IMG/VR virus record: IMGVR_UViG_3300032270_000355
Source of the DNA: an uncultured virus (IMG/VR IMGVR_UViG_3300032270_000355)
Lineage: Duplodnaviria > Heunggongvirae > Uroviricota > Caudoviricetes
Reading direction: 5' to 3' (one strand)
Length of the DNA: 64,000 bases
Shown: in pieces, positions 9,924-19,029 of the stretch
Numbering within the stretch: position 1 is the first letter of the stretch
How the letters are laid out: each line of letters begins with the position of its first letter
Position numbers and translations under genes: made by a program
Notes under the pieces: generated by a model
What the model was told of the DNA's origin: nothing
Database searches by the model: none
The model's input: the letters and a program-made list of their open reading frames with translations, nothing else

Positions 9924-10135
9924 ACATCCAATTTTGCCTGTTTAGGTAGATAGTTCAACTCTCTAAAATCCATTTCAATCTTATCCTTTAGAGATTTATT
10001 TATTAGAGATGCAACATCTGCTGGTTCCAAATAATTTTCTTTACAGTATTCCAAGACAGCATCCATGTAAGACAATCTTTTATCACGAACAATTTCTTCA
10101 ATATGCATTGAAAATTCGTTGGCTGTTTTAAACAT
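9920..10135 (-). CDS. gp33: Late promoter transcription co-activator gp33
   Basis: FSMHIEEIV..SYMDAVLEYC..LINKSLKDKI..LNYL. Confidence 0.85.
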   Translation of the reverse strand: MFKTANEFSMHIEEIVRDKRLSYMDAVLEYCKENYLEPADVASLINKSLKDKIEMDFRELNYLPKQAKLDV

Positions 10136-10364
10136 TGGTTTTTCTTTTAATGTAGTATTCGGTGATTCGAAGTTCTCTGCAAAGATCATGATATTCTTTC
10201 GTTTTTTGTTTGTATAATTTCCAGATTGCAGTATTTGGTTTTTCAGGATCTAATTTTTTAGAAAATTTATCTAAGTACATCGTGAAAAATTTATCCAATT
10301 TCATAACCTCTAATTGCAGATCTTGATATTTGAAGTGTAGGTTAGCCAGTTCAAAGTTATTCAT
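10128..10364 (-). CDS. Hypothetical protein
   Basis: ORF packed in operon. Confidence 0.55.
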   Translation of the reverse strand: MNNFELANLHFKYQDLQLEVMKLDKFFTMYLDKFSKKLDPEKPNTAIWKLYKQKTKEYHDLCRELRITEYYIKRKTNV

Positions 10365-10373
10365 AATTATACC

Positions 10374-10562
10374 TTATTTGTTATTGCAAGACAAGTTTAC
10401 AATATTCCCACCATAGAAGGCGACATCCATAACTAAGGCTTCATTATCAGACTCAAGTTTCTCGATTCGTTTCTTGAGAACATCAATTTGTTCTTCATAA
10501 ATTTTTAATTGTTCACCCATTGCTAAGACTGCTTCGGTTTCTTGTTGTTGTAAAGTTTTCAT
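10374..10562 (-). CDS. Hypothetical coiled-coil protein
   Basis: ORF packed in operon. Confidence 0.55.
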   Translation of the reverse strand: MKTLQQQETEAVLAMGEQLKIYEEQIDVLKKRIEKLESDNEALVMDVAFYGGNIVNLSCNNK

Positions 10563-10563
10563 A

Positions 10564-10908
10564 CTATCTCCTCATTGTTGCAATTTCAACTGCTTGTTCA
10601 TCACTAAAAATTGGTATGGCATTTGATTTATGCATAGTACCAATACCCTTAATTAGGGATCCAGTGTAGACTGGTGAGTCTTTTTTAGTGCATGGTGCAC
10701 CACTGAATGGAAGACTCGGAATCTTAGGGGTCTCCCGACCAGCAGGTTTCCCGAGCGAGTATACTTCACTGAGTGATTGTTGTTTAGGTGCAATCGTCTT
10801 TGTGGCATACTTCTTTAGCATGGTTTCCCATGATGACTGCAACTCTCGTTGTTTGGCAGTCGGTTTCTTCTTTTTGGTTTTTCCAAGTGATGTATGTAGC
10901 ATCTGCAT
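10564..10908 (-). CDS. Hypothetical T4-like phage protein
   Basis: C-terminal GIGTMHKSNAIPIF motif; starts just after a consensus promoter. Confidence 0.65.
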   Translation of the reverse strand: MQMLHTSLGKTKKKKPTAKQRELQSSWETMLKKYATKTIAPKQQSLSEVYSLGKPAGRETPKIPSLPFSGAPCTKKDSPVYTGSLIKGIGTMHKSNAIPIFSDEQAVEIATMRR

Positions 10909-10915
10909 AAGTTCT

Positions 10916-10944
10916 ATTATACTCTAATTATGAATTAATGTCAA
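10916..10944 (-). promoter_or_regulatory. sigma70-type early promoter
   Basis: TTGACA-N17-TATAAT on minus strand. Confidence 0.85.
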
Positions 10945-11642
10945 GCAGTCACTACGAATCCAGAAAGATCCTTCTTGGCTTTACCTTTGGCTTTGAGACC
11001 AACGATAACACCTTTAGGATCCAAGAAACGAAGATCAGTCTCATCGCCATTGATAACTGGACGACCAAGATAATTCTCTGGCACTTTGTGGAATACAACT
11101 GCGACATTCATACCATTTGAGATTGCAAGTCGAGTATCCATATCATTGCCATCTGCTTTAGAGAAAGTCAAGTGATAGTTTGGAATATGTGCAACTTTGC
11201 GATTGTTGATTTTGGTGTAATCGTAGAATTGCACTTCTGGAAACATTTGGAAAATGTTTTTGCCATTTGCAACTTCATACTTCTCCCATGCGAGATCTGA
11301 AGTGCCATTCAAACGAAAGACTGGAATCAGTCCTTGTTTTTCTGCTTTGGTTTTTGTTTTGATTATCTCAACAGTTAACTCATTGAGGAATGCTTGACGA
11401 TTTTCGAAGAATGCTTTGGTCTTACGGATCCGTGCTTTTTGGATCACATTGGTGGTTTCACCTTTCTTGAAGATGCCACCACGACCAGCAGTGTTTAAAC
11501 ATGCAGCAGTACATCCAGCTGTGCGCTTGGGGCAGACTTCTTTACCAGAAAGAGTTGCTGGCGCAAAGTGTAGAACAGAAGACAAATAGCCTTTCTTCTC
11601 ACCTTTAAGCAATTTTGGATTGCCGACTGTAAGTAAACTCAT
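10941..11642 (-). CDS. GP88-family protein (Cys-motif, radical-SAM-like)
   Basis: CPKRTAGCTAACLNTAGRGG..RLNGTSD..QFYDYTK..NYHLTFS..DETDLRFLD. Confidence 0.75.
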   Translation of the reverse strand: MSLLTVGNPKLLKGEKKGYLSSVLHFAPATLSGKEVCPKRTAGCTAACLNTAGRGGIFKKGETTNVIQKARIRKTKAFFENRQAFLNELTVEIIKTKTKAEKQGLIPVFRLNGTSDLAWEKYEVANGKNIFQMFPEVQFYDYTKINNRKVAHIPNYHLTFSKADGNDMDTRLAISNGMNVAVVFHKVPENYLGRPVINGDETDLRFLDPKGVIVGLKAKGKAKKDLSGFVVTA

Positions 11643-11812
11643 ACTGATTCTCCAATCAAAATGTTCCATCTGTTTTCAACAACCTGATGCACCAACTCAA
11701 CTGGAATTTCCAATTGGAATGCAATTTCCTCGCAGGACATCCAGTTTTCTGGACCACGATGTGCATCTAACGCATCGTTTATTTCCATGTCTAACTCAGC
11801 CATTCGACTCAT
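11639..11812 (-). CDS. Small hypothetical protein (HTH-like), resembles 55734-55961
   Basis: Manual translation MSRMAELDMEINDALDAHRGPENWMSCEEIAFQLEIPVELVHQVV...; stop overlaps the next ATG. Confidence 0.55.
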   Translation of the reverse strand: MSRMAELDMEINDALDAHRGPENWMSCEEIAFQLEIPVELVHQVVENRWNILIGESV

Positions 11813-11842
11813 AATAAACCTTTCTCATTCACTATAAGATAT

Positions 11843-11940
11843 ATTATGCTCCAAAGGTCAATTAAAGACAACAACTTTCTGGAGAGAGGGTAAGTTGTTG
11901 ATTCTACAAGGAAAAATACCCCTCAAAAGATGAGGGGTAT
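11843..11940 (-). promoter_or_regulatory. Early promoter cassette: stem-loop + IHF site + sigma70 promoter
   Basis: TTGTCT-N17-CATAAT (11871-11843); AATCAACAACTTA (11903-11891); hairpin atacccctca..tgaggggtat. Confidence 0.75.
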
Positions 11941-11959
11941 CGGCTAGAATCCTAAAGTA

Positions 11960-12256
11960 TTACTTTTTAGAACTAGACAAACTGGAGGGTGAGTTGTGTG
12001 AAGATGCATAAACGATACAAATAGTGTCATCTCGTTTAGCATAAGCACAACGAACAGCTAATGGATCGATACCTTTAACGATAGCGGATTCAATGTTTCT
12101 TTCAATAGATTTTGTTGAAACATATGAATCGTGACCAAGTGCGCAAATCGCAGTCAAAACAGCAAGTGCAATTGAAATGATAAAAACATTATCTGACATA
12201 ATAAGTTCCTTTAAAAAAGAAGGTGGTTTAAGTTTTGTAAAAATTCCTGTTACCAT
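11960..12256 (-). CDS. Hypothetical membrane-anchored protein
   Basis: Hydrophobic N-terminal segment, GIDPLAVRCAY. Confidence 0.55.
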   Translation of the reverse strand: MVTGIFTKLKPPSFLKELIMSDNVFIISIALAVLTAICALGHDSYVSTKSIERNIESAIVKGIDPLAVRCAYAKRDDTICIVYASSHNSPSSLSSSKK

Positions 12257-12441
12257 GATCCATCATCCAATACAAATTTTATTGATAATGGCGCAATACT
12301 GATATGGATAGAATATAAACTTGGATCCATATCATCTGGTTTTGTGTAATCAAATGATAATCTCCAGTGATATGGATTTAATGTGAGATTAATCCATACA
12401 CCAGAATACTTACAATAATTAAGAAAGTTCTTTAATGTCAT
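12250..12441 (-). CDS. Hypothetical protein
   Basis: Overlapping operon ORF. Confidence 0.5.
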   Translation of the reverse strand: MTLKNFLNYCKYSGVWINLTLNPYHWRLSFDYTKPDDMDPSLYSIHISIAPLSIKFVLDDGSW

Positions 12442-12991
12442 CGCAGAGTCCTAACTTTTTTGCTTCGATAGCACTAAGCCAGATATCCTGAGGTGGCAAT
12501 AGCACTTCTCGAATTTTTGTTTCTGATAACCCAGTACATTTTTTGTAATGGGAAATCATCTTCTTGGTAGTTAAATCAAACTCTTTCACAGTAGCGAACA
12601 GTTCATGTTCTTTACCAAACGCACCCCAAGAGTATTGATGCGAGAGTATTGATGTATTTGGTGTCAGCAGACGATGTCCTTTATGTCCTGCAATAAAGAT
12701 CATCAATCCTGCTGAAGCAACTTGTCCAAGTCCAATTGTTCTAACTGGAATTGAAGAACCACGAATAGTATCAATCAATGCAAATGCAGCATTTAAATCA
12801 CCACCTGGACTTGTAATGATTAAATTCATTAGTTCAGGTGGTTCTTCAGAGAAGTTGGCTTCGAATATCCACTCAACTGCTTGTTTCACACTAGTCAACG
12901 TAACTTCTTCCATTAGTAAGAAGAAGGAATGTTTAGAAGACTGATCTTCCTTTAGTTGAATGTTCATTTTTTGCATCATCTTTTCTTTCAC
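12419..12991 (-). CDS. clpP: ClpP-like protease subunit
   Basis: ITSPGGD..TIGLGQVASAG (catalytic Ser)..LSHQ..WLSAIEAKKLGLCD. Confidence 0.9.
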   Translation of the reverse strand: MKEKMMQKMNIQLKEDQSSKHSFFLLMEEVTLTSVKQAVEWIFEANFSEEPPELMNLIITSPGGDLNAAFALIDTIRGSSIPVRTIGLGQVASAGLMIFIAGHKGHRLLTPNTSILSHQYSWGAFGKEHELFATVKEFDLTTKKMISHYKKCTGLSETKIREVLLPPQDIWLSAIEAKKLGLCDDIKELS

Positions 12992-13493
12992 TTTCTTTAT
13001 AAAAAATATGTCTACCGATAACAGTCGTCTTTTCTAACTTCCATCTTGGATTGACGTAATCAGCATGATAAAATAATGCACCATACGTGATGTCTGTCAG
13101 CTTCTCATAATTAGCATAGACATCAAGAGCAACTTCCATTGCTTTATTGTATACTTCATTTCTTTTGGCTTTTACGTTTTCGCAGAACCAACTAAACTGA
13201 CATGTTGATTTTACCCTTTGTTTGACTACAGAGCAAATATCTTTTGGATATCTTGGATCTTGTAAACGATTCATTGTGACGAGTGCGACTGCAAGTTTAC
13301 CTTCATCTGGTTCATAGCCAGCCTCATAATAAATGTTGTCTGCAAGACAACGCACTTGTTCTTGAGATTCTGGTGTTAACTGTGAATAGTTAATCTTTAA
13401 ATAAATGTCTTTACTTGATAGTACTGAATTCAAATAAAAACTTAAACATAGTATTAATAGTATGATTGGAACATATAAACGATATTGTCGCAT
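12933..13493 (-). CDS. Cell wall hydrolase (SleB/Hydrolase_2), N-terminal membrane anchor
   Basis: CLADNIYYEA..AVALVTMNR..CQFSW..GALFYHADYVNPRW..IGRHIFY. Confidence 0.9.
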   Translation of the reverse strand: MRQYRLYVPIILLILCLSFYLNSVLSSKDIYLKINYSQLTPESQEQVRCLADNIYYEAGYEPDEGKLAVALVTMNRLQDPRYPKDICSVVKQRVKSTCQFSWFCENVKAKRNEVYNKAMEVALDVYANYEKLTDITYGALFYHADYVNPRWKLEKTTVIGRHIFYKESERKDDAKNEHSTKGRSVF

Positions 13494-13546
13494 AGTTCTC
13501 CTTTTAAAGTTAGAGAGAAGTGCAAAATGCACTTCTCCTATCCCGA

Positions 13547-13822
13547 TCAGGCAGACTTTTTGCTAGTCTTTGTATCTATATTTGGGATGTTTGAAACGAA
13601 ACCATTAAGCACTTGTGCCTTTGCAATGATTTCCGCTTCTGATGGATAAGTTGGGAATCCTGGATGTTCAGGTAACTCTCCACCATTGATTTTAGCGATT
13701 TCTAGTTTGGATGCCCAAACATTGCTAATAACCTCACGTTTACCATAGTAATCATCATTTAACATGTCTTTGGCCATTTTTAATAGTTCAAGACGAATTT
13801 CGAATGGTGTCAGATTTGACAT
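13547..13822 (-). CDS. Hypothetical T4-like phage protein
   Basis: PFEIRLELLKMAKDML..YPSEAEIIAKA..FVS; AGGAG RBS. Confidence 0.7.
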   Translation of the reverse strand: MSNLTPFEIRLELLKMAKDMLNDDYYGKREVISNVWASKLEIAKINGGELPEHPGFPTYPSEAEIIAKAQVLNGFVSNIPNIDTKTSKKSA

Positions 13823-13906
13823 AAAATACTCCTTTGTGTTGTGTGTGTGTAAAATGAAGGTTTTATTGGGATCCTTCAACCCACTGTAACAATTATTTAG
13901 GAATTG

Positions 13907-14143
13907 TTACTTCTTTACGGCTTCTGCTTTTGGTGCTTCTGCTTTCTTTTCGTCTTTATGTTCTACTTTTTTAGGAGTAGGCTTTTCAGACTTTGGAGCA
14001 GGTGGGCACTTACCAGATTTATCTTTAGTTACGCAGTTTGCTTCAGTTTTTGCTGGAGCCTTTGCTTCTTCTTTCTTAACAGGTTCAGCTGCAAAAGAAA
14101 GTGATGCGAATGCCAATGCTACCAATGCGATAAGTGATTTCAT
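13907..14143 (-). CDS. Small exported Lys/Ala/Glu-rich protein
   Basis: Signal peptide MKSLIALVALAFASLSFA followed by low-complexity sequence. Confidence 0.7.
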   Translation of the reverse strand: MKSLIALVALAFASLSFAAEPVKKEEAKAPAKTEANCVTKDKSGKCPPAPKSEKPTPKKVEHKDEKKAEAPKAEAVKK

Positions 14144-14290
14144 ATCATATCCTAACAATTAAAAATAAATTGACAATATTAATGTTGCCACTATAAGTTA
14201 GTACAAGATACCATTGGGTGATCGGTTGCTAACATCAAGCGAAGACTTCACTAATCCATGATGGTTTTAAAGAGACCATCAACTCTTAAA

Positions 14291-14854
14291 TTAGAATGAG
14301 CGAGTGTAAGCGATAGTAGTTTGCTTGTTAGCACCATCACCACTTTGAACATCATATCCAAGTCGGATAGCATCTTTCTTAGTTAATGCATAACCTACGC
14401 TATAACGCATAGTTTGACTAGTATCAGCATTAACATTTGAGTCATATGCAGTGCGATAGCGATATGCAACACGTGTGCTGATGTCACCAAATTTTGCAGT
14501 AACTCCAGGTTCAACAGAGTAGTAACCAAAGTCTTGAACACCTGATTTTTGCTTCATGCCAGTACCGAGACGAACATCACCACGAAGAAATGAAGTTAGA
14601 TCCATTCCTGTAGATACACCAATTTCATAACGATTTGTAACAGTGCGTGCTACGTCAGCAGTTTCAGTATTAATACCTGCATCAAGATCGACATTGGTAA
14701 ATGCACGAGTCTTAACAGACATGTTCGTTACATGACTCTGCACATTTGTAACATCAGCTTCTTTAACACCATATGTTGCAGTTACAGATGACTGTGCGCT
14801 TGCCATTGCAGAGAATGCTACTAGAGAAGCAGCAGCGATAAGTTTTAATTTCAT
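14291..14854 (-). CDS. Outer-membrane beta-barrel protein
   Basis: Signal peptide, alternating amphipathic strands, C-terminal AYTRSF beta-signal. Confidence 0.75.
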   Translation of the reverse strand: MKLKLIAAASLVAFSAMASAQSSVTATYGVKEADVTNVQSHVTNMSVKTRAFTNVDLDAGINTETADVARTVTNRYEIGVSTGMDLTSFLRGDVRLGTGMKQKSGVQDFGYYSVEPGVTAKFGDISTRVAYRYRTAYDSNVNADTSQTMRYSVGYALTKKDAIRLGYDVQSGDGANKQTTIAYTRSF

Positions 14855-14914
14855 TTATTTTCCTATAAGTTGTAATAAGGTTAAATTATATGGCTGGCAC
14901 ACTACGTGGCTGGC

Positions 14915-15213
14915 ATAATAAAGTGGTAGGTTATTCTGTTACGAGGAAACCTACCGAAACCCTAAGCAGTGTTTAGGCTGCTAATGCGAACTGTGAGTCG
15001 TTTGCGTTTACTTTTGTTTAGTTTTTATGTCTACTCTGACAAGTTGTCCACTTCTGTACTTGTTGCCCTGTCGAAACCTAGTCACCCCCATCAGAAGCAT
15101 ACCCATTAGAGCCCATAAAATGGTTTCTTTCATCTAACACATACACTTCTGGTGGAGGTGGGGAGAATCGAACTCCCGTCCAGAACACGTTTCTAGTTGC
15201 TTCATACAACCAT
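14915..15213 (-). ncRNA. ssrA: Circularly permuted (two-piece) tmRNA; tag ANDSQFALAA
   Basis: Acceptor piece (T-arm GGGAG-TTCGATT-CTCCC, CACCTCCA-CCA ending 15150) lies upstream of the coding piece (GGGGGTGAC starting 15089); G3.U70 pair; tag codons 15005-14973; outer ends approximate. Confidence 0.92.
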
Positions 15214-15219
15214 ATCACA

Positions 15220-15248
15220 ATTATACATTATATATTCTTGCGAAACAA
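15220..15248 (-). promoter_or_regulatory. sigma70-type promoter for tmRNA
   Basis: TTGTTT-N17-TATAAT. Confidence 0.6.
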
Positions 15249-15259
15249 ATTTATTTGTT

Positions 15260-15910
15260 TCAAATACCCTTTAGATTTTTATAATCTAATCTTAGACTTT
15301 TAAATCCATCGATCCAGTCATCTCGTTTTTCGACAAATATTTTTGTCGGATTATCGTCTATGCCCATTATGATAACAAGTCTCCCTACTGGAATTCCTGT
15401 TAGTTCTTCGAATGCCACAGCGTATGCTGCAGTCTGCATAAAATAGCCATGGATGTGATCTCTAGTCTTTGGTTTGCTTGAAGTTTTAAAATCAATAACT
15501 GAGAGTTTACCTTCATACTCAGCAATACAATCAACAGTTCCTGCAACCTCAAGATGATCAGAATACAATGGTGTTTCTAACGCATGTATGTTATCTATTT
15601 TTTCGAGGTAGGGTCTAATTCTTCCAAATATCTCTGAATCGAACGTGTCAGGTTCACAGAGTTCACTGCGGAGATATGATTCACAATATCCATGGACTTT
15701 TGTTCCACGTTTACTTGCTTGGCTGGAGATTCTATTTGCTTCTGCTTCCCCGACTCGTTTTCGCCATTCGAGGATTCCTTGTTTTGAGTGGAGTCCTGTA
15801 ATGGTGGTGATGCTTGGATAGGCTCGACCCGACGGGGTTTTGTAAAGTCTAACTTGGTTAGAGTCGGTACGTTCCAATTTGGGAAGATCATGATGTATAA
15901 ATGTTGGCAT
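15260..15910 (-). CDS. PD-(D/E)XK (Cas4-like) exonuclease
   Basis: YPSITT..RGTKVH..AGTVDCIAEYEGKLSVIDFKTS..YFMQTAAYA. Confidence 0.85.
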   Translation of the reverse strand: MPTFIHHDLPKLERTDSNQVRLYKTPSGRAYPSITTITGLHSKQGILEWRKRVGEAEANRISSQASKRGTKVHGYCESYLRSELCEPDTFDSEIFGRIRPYLEKIDNIHALETPLYSDHLEVAGTVDCIAEYEGKLSVIDFKTSSKPKTRDHIHGYFMQTAAYAVAFEELTGIPVGRLVIIMGIDDNPTKIFVEKRDDWIDGFKSLRLDYKNLKGI

Positions 15911-16530
15911 TAGGTAAGTAAATCAATACACTCATTATAATGTTTAATGCGATCTTCAAGTCCAATGTAACCACCATTAATCTTTTTGGTCATTAACTTT
16001 AGATCACCTGCGTCTGCTTCTTTGTTTAGTCCATTTTTATTCCAGAACCAAATAGCTGACATAAGAGCAAAATCACGATCAGCAGTAACCCAGTCAGGAT
16101 TATCTACCACATTCTGCCAGTCTTCAAACATCTCTTTAGCAAATGCCGTATAGTTTGCACGACCAGTTAGTTGAATTGGTCCACGACCACGAAACCTATA
16201 CCCATCACCAGATTCTGGAGTACCATTACCCATACGATTAGCATAGATCTTGTTGGCAATCATTTCTGGTTTGCGTGCATAAGGTTGTGCAGATTCAAGT
16301 GTAGGAAAATACTTCTTGAAGATACCATTTAATCCTTGCGCTGAATAGTTAAGGTTTTCTTCGAATACTGTCCATCCACCAGACTCATGACCACACTGAG
16401 CGAGGAATGCTGCTACACGTTTTGGTGTTGTTATATCATATGTTGGAAATACATTACACATAGACTCAGCCCATGAGGTAGGGTCTTGCGCTCTTGGAAA
16501 TAGATGGTGAAATTGTTCTGCTGTTATCAT
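15910..16530 (-). CDS. Glycoside hydrolase family 19 endolysin
   Basis: AAFLAQCGHESGG..EENLNYS..FRGRGPIQLTGRANY..TKKINGG. Confidence 0.92.
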   Translation of the reverse strand: MITAEQFHHLFPRAQDPTSWAESMCNVFPTYDITTPKRVAAFLAQCGHESGGWTVFEENLNYSAQGLNGIFKKYFPTLESAQPYARKPEMIANKIYANRMGNGTPESGDGYRFRGRGPIQLTGRANYTAFAKEMFEDWQNVVDNPDWVTADRDFALMSAIWFWNKNGLNKEADAGDLKLMTKKINGGYIGLEDRIKHYNECIDLLT

Positions 16531-17360
16531 TGATAATTTCCTTTTCTTATAATACCTACAGTGAATGGTTTTTTAGAAAACCTAAATTCACTGATTCTAT
16601 GTTTAGCCTCTTTAATAGTTAAAACCATTAAATCAGTTTCGTTTTCATTGATAGTAGTAACCAAAAATACATCATCATCATTTAGCGTAGAAGAAATTTC
16701 TTCTAAAAATCTAACCAGTATAGGTGTGTCATCAATATTGTATGAATCAGAAAGACAGTTAAAAATATTAAGTTTACTAGGATCTATTTGTTTATTTATA
16801 AGCGACTGCTCGGGTGTATATCGTTTCCAAGGATCTAAAAAATAATGATGGAATCTACGAAACTCATAATCTACATCACCAAGATATTCTCTCATCTTAT
16901 TTAATGATATCTGCTCTGAAGAAGGCGTATCAATAATTTCAAGATTAGTAATACTAGAAAGATGTTCTGTTATGTAATCACCACAAAGAGGAGAACCTGG
17001 AGTGAAAAGATAAACAGTATGAAATGCTCTTTTAGAATGTTCTTTAGATATCAAGTTTAAAATACATTCTGAAATAGTTTTCATATTTCTGTTGCTTGTA
17101 TCCCAAACAAATCCTATTGTATTAATAACTTTAGATTTGAGTTCACCAGAATAACGAATAAATGATAAAGACTTTCTAAGAACTGCATGACCAGCAGGAG
17201 AACTAATACTATCCATATTGGACATGCCATCTAAAGGATAATCTGAAGTTGTTATACCTATACAACCCTCATCTGTGAGAATATTTTTAACTACTTCTAG
17301 AAATTTATTATCAACAAATTTAGATTGGATAGGAATCCCAACCCTCACAACTCTATACAT
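16527..17360 (-). CDS. Hypothetical protein, weak tetrapyrrole-methylase-like motifs
   Basis: VVRVGIP..VYLFTPGSPLCGD..LEIIDTPSS resembles the class III SAM-MTase pattern. Confidence 0.4.
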   Translation of the reverse strand: MYRVVRVGIPIQSKFVDNKFLEVVKNILTDEGCIGITTSDYPLDGMSNMDSISSPAGHAVLRKSLSFIRYSGELKSKVINTIGFVWDTSNRNMKTISECILNLISKEHSKRAFHTVYLFTPGSPLCGDYITEHLSSITNLEIIDTPSSEQISLNKMREYLGDVDYEFRRFHHYFLDPWKRYTPEQSLINKQIDPSKLNIFNCLSDSYNIDDTPILVRFLEEISSTLNDDDVFLVTTINENETDLMVLTIKEAKHRISEFRFSKKPFTVGIIRKGNYQ

Positions 17361-18127
17361 TATTTCCTGTCTTCATAATCTTCATATTTTAGTTTAGCCA
17401 AAATATAATCTTTGACTAGGGATGAACGAACAATATCGTCTACAGTAAATTCAATACGAGTAAATGCTTTCATATGCTGAGCAATATCAAAGAATTTAAG
17501 AATACCTGACATATCATTACGTTTCTTATTTAGATCAGTTTGACGATAATCACCACACCAAAGAATCTTAGACATATGACCAACACGAGTCATTACAGTG
17601 TCAATTTCTTCATATGTTAAATTCTGCATTTCATCAACAATAATAATAGCATTATCAAAAGACATACCACGAATGAATGATGTAGAGATAAATTGGATAT
17701 GACCCTGTTCTTCTAATCGATCCCATGCGTCTTTGCGATCAAAAAACTGGTGACATATTTGACGATAAGGTTGTTCATAGATTTCCATCTTCTCACCTAC
17801 ATCTCCAGGGAGATGTCCCATCTCACGAGATTGTACTGCTGATCGAACAACAATGATTTTATTGAATGGATTATTTTTATCAAGAACTTCTTCTATTGCT
17901 TTATAAAGTGCGATAAAAGTTTTACCTGTTCCTGCGACCCCATGCAATGCTATAAAGTAGTCACCTAGTTTATAAGCATCGAAGAATTTTTTTTGATTAT
18001 CTGTTAATGGTTGAAATGTTTTTAAATTATCTAATCTTAATCTTAACTGATTACTAGCAACTGGCTTTGGCTCACGTTCTTCATGATGAATTTCTACTAT
18101 TTTTTTTGCTGCTGTGGTACGAGCCAT
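17360..18127 (-). CDS. phoH: PhoH-family ATPase
   Basis: GVAGTGKT..MGHLPG..FIRGMSF..IVDEMQN..GDYRQTD..IVRS. Confidence 0.95.
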   Translation of the reverse strand: MARTTAAKKIVEIHHEEREPKPVASNQLRLRLDNLKTFQPLTDNQKKFFDAYKLGDYFIALHGVAGTGKTFIALYKAIEEVLDKNNPFNKIIVVRSAVQSREMGHLPGDVGEKMEIYEQPYRQICHQFFDRKDAWDRLEEQGHIQFISTSFIRGMSFDNAIIIVDEMQNLTYEEIDTVMTRVGHMSKILWCGDYRQTDLNKKRNDMSGILKFFDIAQHMKAFTRIEFTVDDIVRSSLVKDYILAKLKYEDYEDRK

Positions 18128-18136
18128 TAGAATTCC

Positions 18137-18385
18137 TTATAGTTGTGAAGATGACTTGTCTAATTGACTTCCTGGAGTTTTTTCATGTATCCTTTGCAGG
18201 ACTTCTTTAAATCCAGAATCAAATTTACGAGTTGTGGTTAATTTAGTGGGATCTCCAAACGCCACTGCTTGAATTACGGTTTCTAGTTGGGGATTCTCTT
18301 CTCTGAATGAATCAAGTTCTGAGATCTTCATTATTTTTTCAAACTGTTCACCAGTTTCTTTATTACGAAATACATATGTTGGCAT
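18137..18385 (-). CDS. FmdB-like small regulatory protein
   Basis: MPTYVFRNKETGE start; upstream of phoH as in T4-like phages. Confidence 0.65.
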   Translation of the reverse strand: MPTYVFRNKETGEQFEKIMKISELDSFREENPQLETVIQAVAFGDPTKLTTTRKFDSGFKEVLQRIHEKTPGSQLDKSSSQL

Positions 18386-19017
18386 TATTTTGTTAATCCT
18401 GTTGGAGCTATTGATCCAATGTTAAAAGCAATAGTTATTCTTGGCTTATCATCCGTGCTGTAAGGTACTTCATGTTCTAACCATCCTGGCCACATTAAAA
18501 TCAATCCTTGTTTAACAGGAACAAAATAATCTGGATATAAACAGGATGGTCTTTCTGGGTTTGAGTCTTGATGATAAAAAACATATTTGTAATAGTCTCT
18601 TGGATCACTGAATGCTAATGGCGATGAATTCTCATCACATTTTAAATAAAAACATCCAGAAATAACAGACCCAGGATGTGCATGTTTAGTATGGTTTCCA
18701 CCTTTGGTTACCTTGTTAACAAGAAACATTTGATCTGATCTTATTGATTCTTCAAATTGTTTAGGATTAACATTTTGATGTTCTAAAAATTTTAAACTGT
18801 TTTCTATAATATAATCCAATAATGGTTTTAACCTAATATCTTTAAGCATCTCTGCATTAGCATTAGCATTTCTATATGTAGAAATATGATCAACATTATT
18901 ACTAAAAACTTCTCCATATTTCTCAAGATATTCCTCGCACACAGGTAAAATGGTTTGAGCCAATAATTCTTGATTATCTGAATGGAGGCAGGTTGGAAAA
19001 ATATAATGGTAACTCAT
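18385..19017 (-). CDS. 2OG-Fe(II) oxygenase superfamily protein
   Basis: HAHPGSVISGCFY..FSDPR..WPGWLEHEV..RITIAFN. Confidence 0.85.
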   Translation of the reverse strand: MSYHYIFPTCLHSDNQELLAQTILPVCEEYLEKYGEVFSNNVDHISTYRNANANAEMLKDIRLKPLLDYIIENSLKFLEHQNVNPKQFEESIRSDQMFLVNKVTKGGNHTKHAHPGSVISGCFYLKCDENSSPLAFSDPRDYYKYVFYHQDSNPERPSCLYPDYFVPVKQGLILMWPGWLEHEVPYSTDDKPRITIAFNIGSIAPTGLTK

Positions 19018-19021
19018 TGTG

Positions 19022-19029
19022 TATTTATA
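19022..19029 (-). promoter_or_regulatory. T4-type late promoter
   Basis: TATAAATA on minus strand just upstream of ATG at 19017. Confidence 0.6.

Noticed and set aside
14170..14280. Possible plus-strand promoter TTGACA..TATAAG and hairpin (antisense sRNA)
   Set aside because: Imperfect -10 box and spacing; the hairpin is explained as the terminator of the beta-barrel gene
14891..14916. Short direct repeat TGGCTGGCA x2 downstream of tmRNA
   Set aside because: Only two 9-nt copies; nothing supports a function
15260..15910. Cas4-like nuclease as evidence of a CRISPR system
   Set aside because: Stand-alone PD-(D/E)XK exonuclease common in T4-like phages; no other cas genes or array
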